64,000 nt of DNA from NCBI RefSeq assembly GCF_031769215.1, contig NW_026781894.1:868001-932000 (forward strand), given 5' to 3'. Shown piece after piece: positions 49,790 through 64,000 of the stretch. The stretch comes from Ylistrum balloti. Taxonomy: Eukaryota. A program made the translations under genes and the position numbers. Positions within the stretch are counted from its first letter, which is position 1; every line of letters begins with the position of its first letter. The notes below the pieces were generated by a model. The model made no database searches and was not told where the DNA came from. It saw only the letters and a list, made by a program, of their open reading frames with translations.

Positions 49790-49853
49790 TAGACAGACAG
49801 TATGACGGACAGACGGACAGAGAGACAGACACACAGCCTGACAGACAGACAAA
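49790..49853 (+). repeat. Imperfect (GACA/GACG)n microsatellite, probably part of a decayed non-autonomous element (~48000-49900)
   Basis: acagacagacagtatgacggacagacggacagagagacagacacacagcctgacagacagacaaagtg; the upstream region is rich in tgacc(t)ttg-like motifs. Confidence 0.6.
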
Positions 49854-51029
49854 GTGAATTTGAATTTCTTAGCTAAGATAGTATTGTTAGCACATTCGAG
49901 GTATGTTTGGAGCAAAACATATATACAGAGAATAACATCAGGCTTTTTTTTATGTTGTTTATGATAGATTGCCATCCCTGTGATAGGGCCTACATGTCTC
50001 CAATCCAGATTATTGATAGGTGTGTTTCATGGGATCATCACGGCCTATGTATATGCATATCTCCAGGCAAAGTTGAGGTATAAAATGTACCAAGAGAACC
50101 AACACAGCCGTGCATATACGACAGATGATATATTTATGATAAATATTTAAAATGTAAAAAAAACTGACCAACATCAATGATATGATTTACAAAGCTCCGA
50201 ATTGCAGTAAACACGACACTCAAAACTCGTTTCCAATATTCCTCTGATGTCTGGCGGTATCTGTGTTTGGAGAGATACAGGATAACGAGGTATGTGTGGA
50301 CGACGTTTATGACAGGCATTGTGACCTAAGGGAAAACATATTTTCCAGTGATATGAAATTCGAGGAGTCCAATGCTAGCTCAGTAAGGGCTGGTTACACG
50401 TCAGCTCCTGACGACAAGGACACGGAATTTCAGTCCCACGGTCTGTATTGTATCTAGTTCCATGAAATAAAACTGCAAGCATACACATTCGCCGTCCTAG
50501 TGTGTCTGTGCATTAGCAGCGGATATACGATGCATGTCAGAATTTTCGCTCTTAATTACTACTACACTGTACTGATATTGGTGTACACTACGACCAACAA
50601 ACTATCCATCAGGCGTCCAGAAACCTCCCACCCCCGCAAAATAAATAAATAAATAAAAAGAGATAACCCTAGGGAATCTGTATGCAAAGGGAGCTAAACT
50701 ATTATATCGAAACAGGTGGACATAGAGGTAACATTAAACACGTTTTTTTCCAAATATGAACAGTGAAATAATCGCTTCTATCATACAAAACACGTTCTAG
50801 TGTACGTAAACGTGTTCCCGCGGACACAACAAATAAAAAGGTGCCCGATACCTAATTCAATTTAGTATCTGACCAGATAGCTATCACTTAATCACCGTGT
50901 GTCTAATGGACGATGGTGGGAAGAAAAATAATTTTCGAAAATTGAATTGAAGCCACAATACAGGGCATAGTTGATGGTCCCTTGTTAAGAGGATAAATGG
51001 AAACCTTGTGGATTCATATCACAAATATG

Positions 51030-52510
51030 GTAAATAAGATGCCCATAGGGCTTGTATCGCTCTAGTGGCTTTGCAAAAGGAAAAAAAAAAAAATTCTATA
51101 CGTTTTTATTTATCTCCCAATATGGCCATTCCTCTGTCCTGGGGTGTCAGTCAAACCATTTACACAAAAAGCATCTTCACCAAAGGATAGTTCAGATCAA
51201 ATTCTGACAAAATCATGACGATCTTCTAGCAGAAGGATTTAAAAAAAAAAGATTCACCCTTTTGCGCCCCGCTCCGGATGGCCGAATCCCACCGTTTATG
51301 CAAAATTGATTCCCATGTACCCAAGGATGCTTCAGACTAAATTGGGACAGAATTTTAGCATTCCTACTGAGGGATTCCAAAGCAATTTCCCTTTTTTAGT
51401 CCTATCTCTCTGGTTCAAAGGTAGGTCATACCCATTGTTAATACAAAATTGTGTCCTTTTCACCCAGGGATATTCCAGACCGAATAGGAAGATGGTCAAG
51501 ACATTCATACTGAAGGAGGGTTTCGAGGAATGTGCTGTATTTCTCCTATTTGTCCATGCTCCTCCCACCCAGCACCCCCTCCTACACTGAGACCACCATT
51601 TATACAAAATTAATTCCCTGTCACAAAAGAATGCTTCAAACCAACATGGAGAAAAAATATTAAAGAATTTTGCACTATTTTTCCCTATTTGGCCCTGCCC
51701 TTCTTCATATCTTAGGGGTGGATACCCTCTCCCTCTCACATGCCCCCTTCCCTACCCTAAGGGAAAGAGACCCACAATTAATACAAAATTGATTCACTTC
51801 ACCAATAGGTTTTTGAGTCCAAATTAGAACAGAATCCAGACATTCTTACAGAAGAAGAAAAAGGATTTATTAATTTTTTTCCAATTTCCTCCTTTTGGGT
51901 ACCACTCCTCTAGCCACCAAGGGGCCAAGACCACTTTACCAAAGGATTTTTCATATCAAATTGGAAGAGAATTCAGGAATTCCTACAGAAGAAAAAGAAT
52001 TTAAAAGCCCTATTGGGCCCCAGCCATCTAGCATCCAGGGGGTCAGTATCTATTGTGATTACAAAAACGATTCCCCTTCACCAAAGGATGTTCCAGATCA
52101 AATTCAAACATTAATCATTTATACAAATCAAATCCAATTCACCCAGTCATGCTTCAGACTAAATTAAGACAAAACCTAGTGGGCATTCCTAGATAAGAAG
52201 GATTTTAAAGAATTTGTTTCATTATCCTTATTGAGCCTCACTTCTCTAGCCTACAGGGGGCCCAGACAAGCTATTATTATAAAAATGATTCCCTTTAACC
52301 AAAGGATTCTTCAGACCGAATTGGGACCGAGTCCGAAGATTAATACAGAATAAGGATTTTCGATAATCCCTTTTTTCCCACATTGGGTTAAGCCCTTCTT
52401 GCCAAATGGGGTAGAGATACACTGTTTATGCAAAAATACGCCTTTATCTAAGGGTGCATCATACCATATTGGTACAGAATCTTAGCAATCCTACAGAAGA
52501 AGGATTAACA
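51030..52510 (+). mobile_element. Non-autonomous element with an internal degenerate satellite-like array, resembling mollusc Helentron-associated elements
   Basis: Starts aaataagatgcccatagggcttgtatcgctc. The motif ccaaaggat..ttcaga..aaatt.g...agaat....cattccta..gaagaaggattt recurs at irregular spacing (~51180, 51321, 51942, 52081, 52148, 52300, 52450). Family assignment is from recalled resemblance only. Confidence 0.45.
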
Positions 52511-52550
52511 CAGTCCTACAAGAGAAGAACAATCTTTATTATTGACACAT

Positions 52551-52595
52551 TGTCAACATGTTTCGACCGCTAGGCGGCCGTCATCAGGTCCAAAG
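52551..52595 (-). ncRNA. Degenerate hammerhead-like motif (Penelope-type terminus)
   Basis: Minus strand: uuuggac CUGAUGA c GGCCGC-cua-GCGGUC GAAA CAUGU ugacaa, followed by AATAAA. Core and 6-bp stem II are intact and stem III is the palindrome ACAUGU; stem I is poorly paired and N17=U. Confidence 0.45.
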
Positions 52596-53702
52596 TTTGA
52601 TTCAGAACGAAGTTTGACAAAATCTTAACATCTGTCACCAGGTGTATAAGCCAGAGGAAACCTGGACCAAACATCTGTAAGACAAAATGTCTAATGTTGG
52701 GTTTAGGAGCCAGAGGACAGACAAGTGCATACACATGTAGCAAGATGCTTTCACTATTAATGTATAAATATAGGAGGAGGAGGAGGCAGCGAGGAAGTTG
52801 TCACTATCACACATGCTGTCTGTGTGTCAAGCCATGAATAATAGCCTCATTTGTAGTTGAAACTGAGTACTAAGATTGTTTGTTGTAGATTATCATAATA
52901 TTAACTGGTAAAATCCTTGACAAGATCAACTAATGAATATAACTCATTACGATACCACACAACCTTATCTGTACAGGTGTACAATAGTACAAACTGTTGT
53001 ATTCAGTTCTTCAGTGTTATTTTGTTTTCGGTAGCTACATTAGCTTGCCATAAGGTGGCTACCAACATTTTGGATATCTTTTATTTCCTATTGAATTGCT
53101 ATAATTTTAGAGCAAACACTATATGTATAAGAGACCAGGGGGAATCTACAAATCAAATATGAGAAAGTTCCTTCCAGATCCACTAAAAAAATGCACAACT
53201 ACGGACCATGAAGGACCTACACATAAAATCAACCACAACTCACCAAGAAATAATGATAAACTCATTTTCAAAAAATCTCACAGCCAGTTTTCCTCCCAAT
53301 CAGTCCAAAAACTAAGCTAATTAAAGACAAGTAGTGACAATGGGGGGTACACATAACTAATCACAGAAATAGGAATAACAAGGATTGTTTAATAGATGAA
53401 GGATTGTTGATGGACCCTCAACAAAGCATGATTTGAACTGCCCACCTTCTGATGACAGTATTACGATGTCACCAGAACACTGACGTTCATTGATGAGATT
53501 ATACCTGGCAATGGGAGGAGTCTTAGATATGGAAAACCTGTAACTAACTAACGAAATAAATTCTTTCTTTGGTGACTTTAAGAGAACAGTCCCCATCATT
53601 ATCTAAATATACATGCAGTTCTTACTTGTCTGTTTTATATCAAGGTCTCTTTCTAATTAGTGTAGGTAGTTATAAAGTAGAAAAACAAATACCCGAGTAG
53701 TA

Positions 53703-56700
53703 TTAACCTCCGTGACATTTTATTGAGTCCATCACAGCTGTCATTACATCTCCAAATATAGAATCTCTGTTTGACTGGGACAACTGTAAACAAAACAAAA
53801 GATAATTAATTTGTTGCAGTCATCAACAATACAAAACTTACTGGGACACATGTAAACAAACAGGCTATATAAACAGTGTTGTCCCTGTCATCAACAATAC
53901 AAAACTAACTGGGACACTTGTAAACAAAACAGGAGATAAATAGTGTTGTCCCAGTCATCAACAATACAAAACTAACTGGGACACATGTAAACAAACAGGC
54001 TATATAAACAGTGTTGTCTCAGTCATCAACTATACAAAACTAACTAGGACACATGTTAACAAAACAGGATATAAACAGTGTTGTCCCAGTCATCAACAAT
54101 AGAAAACTAACTGGGACACCTGTTAACAAAACAGGATATAAACAGTGTTGTCCCAGTCATCAACAATACAAATCTAACTGGGACACCTATAAACAAAACA
54201 GGAGATAAACAGTGTTGTCCCAGTTATCAACAATACAAAACTAACTGGGACACCTGTAAACAAACAGGCTATATAAACAGTGTTGTCCCAGTCATCAACA
54301 ATATAAAACTAACTGGGACACATGTAAATAAACAGGCTATATAAACAGTGTTGTCCCAGTCATCAACAATACAAAACTAACTGGAACATCTGTAAACAAA
54401 ACAGGAGATAACAGTGTTGTCCCAGTCATCAACAATACAAAACTAACTGGGACACCTATAAACAAACAGGCTATATAAACAGTGTTGTCCCAGTCATCAA
54501 CAATAGAAAACTAACTGGGACACCTGTAAACAAACAGGATATAAACAGTGTTGTCCCAGTCAAGAACCACAAAAGATTTCTTCTAAGCAATCAAAATATA
54601 TATGGTTTGATTTATTCAATGGTTCATTGGACAGCTTTGCAATGATTTCATTCAAAATAAATATACCAAAGTGTTTGATATTATATTCATATAGTGTCAA
54701 CTTTATATAAAATCATGTTACTTTGTATTGCTTTATTATTGTTATGTTTAACTCAAGTTATATATAAACATATACTCACTGTAAAAAGAACAGCATCTGA
54801 CCGCTGCCGGACCTCCTCCACTAGAGGTATAGGTCTTCCTTTGGCTATAGGGATGGTAGCAATCACTGTTGTGTTTGCAGAACTTAATAAATCCCGAACA
54901 ACCCTCACAAATGTCTGACTAAACAACTCCATCTTCCCGATTTCATCAATCACAAAAATGTTGTGCTGACCTTCCTGAAATATAATAGAGTAATATCTAT
55001 GTATCAAAAGACTGGTGTAAAAACAAAAAAAACCTATTTCATCCAAGTTCAATTCTTTGACCACTCCAGTGTGAACTAACAATGTATTAGGAAAAAGAGT
55101 TTTACATATGGAAATGTGTGCATACCTTTCTTTTCAGTGTAGGTAGTGCTGTTGTCTCAAAGGTGTGTAACTGGACCACATATTTCCCCACAGTGTGTTG
55201 CCTCCCAACAGGTACATCACTGAGGAGAAAACATCAGACTATAATAATGATAAACATGCATTGCCTCCCGACAGGTACATCACTGAGGAGAAAACATCAG
55301 ACTATGATAATGATAAACATGCATTGTCTTTCTACAGGTACATCACTGAGGAGTAAACATCAGACTATAATAATGATAAACATGCATGGTCTTCCCACAG
55401 GTACACCAATAAGGAGTAAACATCAAACTATTGTAATTATAAGAAATCAGTGTATATTATTATACATTTTTGTTAAAGACACATGTCTCCACTGGAGTAC
55501 ACCTGGAGATGCATTAACTAATCACAAAAATCACTGAAACAGCTAAAGATGAAGGCAGGTAAAGTGTAACAGGGTTGTTGTATTGCATGTGATTTGCATT
55601 AAACACTGTACATACAAAAATTTTGATAAACTTTTAAAATGCATTCAATAGATGTAGCATTACAAGTGGAAGAAACTTGATAATTCTCCATCAAAGCTTG
55701 CTGCAGGGCCAATATCTAGCCAACATCTCATTTGAACGATGTCAGCCATTGATCTTGACCATGTGTTAAGTTTATTCATTACTCTTACAAATGATCCTTA
55801 ATCTGGAGTTAACTGAAGCCTTTGCCTCCATGTGGTACCTGGTGTTAGCTGAGGGGAGTGGTGCTCTCTTTCCAGACCATGTGAAGTATTACAATGTACC
55901 CCGAGTTAACTGAAGCCAGTGGTGCTCTCCTCCCTGACCATGTGACTCATAACCTAGTGATGTTTTACCTAGTGTTAACTGAAACCAGTAGTGCTCTCCT
56001 CCCTGACCATGTGACACATAACCTAGTGTTAACTGAAACCAGTAGTGCTCTCCTCCCTGACCATGTGACACATAACCTAGTGTTAACTGAAGCCAGTTGT
56101 GCTCTCTTCCCTGACCATGTGATGTATAAACTAGTGTTAACTGAAGCCAATGATTATCATTTTCCCCTGGCCATGTGGTGTATTACCTGGTGTTAACTGA
56201 AAGCAGTAGAGCTCTCTCATCTGACCACGTGGTCTATTACCTGGTGTTAACTGTGGTGTATTACCTGGTGTTAAAGGAAGCCAACAGTGCTCTCTCTTCC
56301 CTGACCATGTGATGTGTTACCTGGTGTTACCTGGTGTTAACTGAAGCCAACAGTGCTCTCTCTTCCCTGACCATGTGATGTGTTACCTGGTATTTACAGA
56401 AGCTAATGGTGCTCTTTCCCCTGACAATGTGACAACATCAAATCCAACTCTCTGTCTGCCTTCCCTTCTCTCCTCTGTATAAAACCCTCTACACTCCACT
56501 CCAGATTTTACCAGATGATCACAAACTTTGTGTATCAATGTTGTTTTTCCTATCCCTATGGAAAATAAAATCCACATAGGAGTGATTCAATAGGCAATAA
56601 GATTGAATAAGAGATATATTTTGTATGGTATGTACCAATAACTCTTTAATACTAAAGTCACTCTTCAACATTGATTATACTTGCTCTAATTCAGTGGTAT

Positions 56701-57016
56701 AATAAAAGTTAAAAGGCTAATGTTGTTTTAAAGTTCAATATTTCAGTCTTTTTCATTCTTACTTTTATTTTTAATGTTTTAATCAACTTAATTAGAATGG
56801 ATTCAATATGAATTATGAGTACTTTAACATAGGGATAATAATTTCACACCATGTCTTGGAACCTGAGAGCAGGATGTGCCTACCCGTCTAGTCTACATGT
56901 AATTAATTGATCTGTGATGAAGACACGTCTTCTTGGCAGATCTACATACAGTGGTACTTCATTTTACCTGGGGGACCTGTGAGGAGGACGTGTCTTGCAA
57001 CATTTCCTGTTGTCAT
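53703..57016 (-). CDS. NTPCR: Cancer-related nucleoside-triphosphatase homolog (NTPase_1 P-loop family), 195 aa
   Basis: Exons 57016-56968, 56555-56387, 55219-55126, 54974-54780, 53783-53703; total 588 nt. Translation MTTGNVARHVLLTGPPGIGKTTLIHKV...GFYTEERREGRQRVGFDVVTLSG...VGKYVV...IFVIDEIGKMELFS...IATIP...LSQSNRDSIFGDVMTAVMDSIKCHGG*. Walker A GPPGIGKT, Walker B VIDEIG. Confidence 0.95.
53816..54561. repeat. Minisatellite, 11 x ~67 bp, in the last NTPCR intron, derived from the last-exon acceptor junction
   Basis: Unit catcaacaatacaaaactaactgggacacctgtaaacaaacaggatataaacagtgttgtcccagt starting at ~53821, 53889, 53956, 54024, 54091, 54158, 54225, 54293, 54361, 54427, 54495. Confidence 0.95.
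55199..55450. repeat. Tandem repeat, 4 x 63 bp, spanning the NTPCR exon-3 acceptor
   Basis: Unit gcctcccaacaggtacatcactgaggagaaaacatcagactataataatgataaacatgcatt; appears as a 21-aa repeat in the + strand track ORF 55118-55537. Confidence 0.92.
55801..56440. repeat. Minisatellite, ~10 x 54-56 bp, made of the NTPCR exon-2 3' end and donor
   Basis: Unit ttacctggtgttaactgaagccagtagtgctctcctccctgaccatgtga; the template is the last 54 nt of exon 2 (56387-56440). Confidence 0.92.
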
Positions 57017-57261
57017 GGTACAATCTGTTCGTCAATCTGGTAAAAAGAATTCGAGATACCAACGTGTGTTTTGATTATTAGAACAGCTTTCGTAGAAAAG
57101 TGGCTTACATCGCAGTTTTTACGAACCATCACATCAAATCAACAGCTCGGATCGAATGCGCCCAGTGCAATCTACATCATCTAAACGTTTTGAAGACAAG
57201 CCAATCTTGACTCAAAAGTGAAGCGTATTTTTTACTAAGACAATAATGAAAAACTGTCAAA
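57017..57261. promoter_or_regulatory. Bidirectional promoter/5'UTR interval shared by NTPCR and LRRC57
   Basis: Divergent ATGs only 245 bp apart with no room for separate promoters, unless untranslated exons overlap. Confidence 0.7.
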
Positions 57262-62466
<5,205 letters not shown>

Positions 62467-64000
62467 AGAATAACATGAGTCTGGATTTAAATGGATTCTG
62501 TTTAAGTCACCATAACATATATACTTTGTATAAACATGTATTTTAAAGTCACACCATATATGGTGAGCATATAAGTTTTGATGCTTCAGATTAAGTGCAT
62601 CATTAAATTAAACTTTAAACACATGACAAATAGAATATTGGCTTCAAACAATGTAATTAAAAGGTAATTAGCACACTCTTATTTAAGTAAAATCAAAAAA
62701 ATTATATCTAATCATGAATTTTTATAGTGTGCGATACTAAAACTTTTAAAAGGATCACAGTGTAGTTACTCAGTGCAAGAAATTGATAATTTTGAAAACA
62801 GTGATACCCGACTCTGATATTTATTGATTTTGTAAAGATCCAATCCATATGTTTTTTTTTTCCTAAAGCAGATTTTACAGAAAAAGGTTGTGTAAAAAAC
62901 TTTTATTTAAGAAGTTTTGTTAAAGTAGATTGTACCACTGTGTTTCAAGTTATTCCCACATCATACTTCATGTATGTATTAAAAAATGTATTATGCACAT
63001 GTTAAAGTTATGAAGAAAGAAGTGGAATATGTCAAATATAAGTAAAGTCTTTTTCCCCAGTTACATGTGTATTTCATGAGAACATAGTATAACTGTTACA
63101 TATGTATTAAGTTATTTCTCCCGTATCTGCACAAGTTTGTGGATTAGAAACCCTAGCTGTAATTATACATACATTGTAAGTGCACTTATTGACCCCTTTC
63201 TACATTTTGTTTTTTGAGGCAAAAATGTTCTGTAAGAAATCTATTGACATTCGCAAATGTAACTTTGTGTTAAGGATGCCATTATATTGATATTTTTATC
63301 AGCTGAAGAATTTCAAACCACAAATCTGGTATATTTTATGTGATGGAGGTAAAGATATTGAACAAACTCCCTGTGATACTTTTCCAATAAGCTTTATTCT
63401 AAAGTACTCATTACTGTATTTTTTCTGCTCTTTATATATATGTTCTTCATAAATACATGTTTTACCTAGGAAACTGACATTTTTTTTCCGGTGTTTTGTT
63501 ATTAACGGTTTTAACCAGATTTTTATAGAAGCAAGAGTATGGCACAATTACCTTAGTATATGGGATAGTAAAAGTCAACCCTCAGGCAAAAATGTTTGGC
63601 AGAAGTCATTTTAAAGCCTTGGTTTTGACCCACATTTTACCCCTTAACAATCCCTCCTATCCACATGTGGGAAACTTATAAGACTTGTATATATCTTACA
63701 TAAAGTTATACATGTATCGTTGATGACTGTATATGTCTGCAACATGTTGAAATTTCAGCACTTTCTCAACCATGAATGGGGTATCTTAAGCAAAATTTAA
63801 TAACTGGTATGGTGATGAATAAAGATACTTTAAAACTAAAGGAGAAAAACGACTTAGTTTTGGAACAACAATAGTGGAACCAGTGTATTATATGCAGTGT
63901 ACATATGTATATAAATGGATGTCAAGGTATATGTACCCTTATCATTCCCATAATAAATGTCAGGTCAGAATTCATTATACCTTTAGAAGAATAATGTATG

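Noticed and set aside
50263-50457. Acidic 64-aa ORF in a GC-richer patch
   Set aside because: Short, non-ATG start, no recognisable motif or flanking exons.
53816-54561. CRISPR-like appearance (regular, partly palindromic units)
   Set aside because: There are no unique spacers, the whole unit is repeated, no cas genes are present, and it lies in a eukaryotic intron.
55118-56196. Repetitive ORFs (21-aa and 18-aa repeats)
   Set aside because: By-products of intronic tandem repeats; no splice or start support as separate genes.

Overview
AT-rich, intron-containing eukaryotic (animal) DNA with no prokaryotic features. The repeat families suggest a lophotrochozoan such as a bivalve mollusc (inference only). 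Five protein-coding genes were rebuilt by hand from splice sites. Two are tandem minus-strand paralogues of a SUSD2/Mesh-like type I membrane protein (signal peptide-NIDO-IPT/TIG-AMOP-VWD with GDPH-Sushi xN-TM). Copy A (2426-18571) has 2 visible Sushi exons plus an N gap. Copy B (20210-39697) has 7 Sushi exons, including a recent ~850-bp two-exon duplication. The others are a PAQR/membrane progestin receptor-like gene with an intronless CDS (44554-45561,+) and a head-to-head pair, NTPCR (-) and LRRC57 (+), whose start codons are 245 bp apart. Introns and spacers hold decayed Penelope-like retroelements, Tc1/mariner remnants, a satellite-bearing non-autonomous element and mini/microsatellites. 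Best leads: (1) three separate NTPCR minisatellites are each copies of the adjacent exon-intron junction, forming arrays of decoy splice sites, with a fainter fourth case in the SUSD2-like gene; (2) a near-intact minimal type I hammerhead ribozyme at 1178-1221 and a decayed one at ~52551-52595; (3) modular Sushi-stalk length variation and divergent TM segments between the paralogues.
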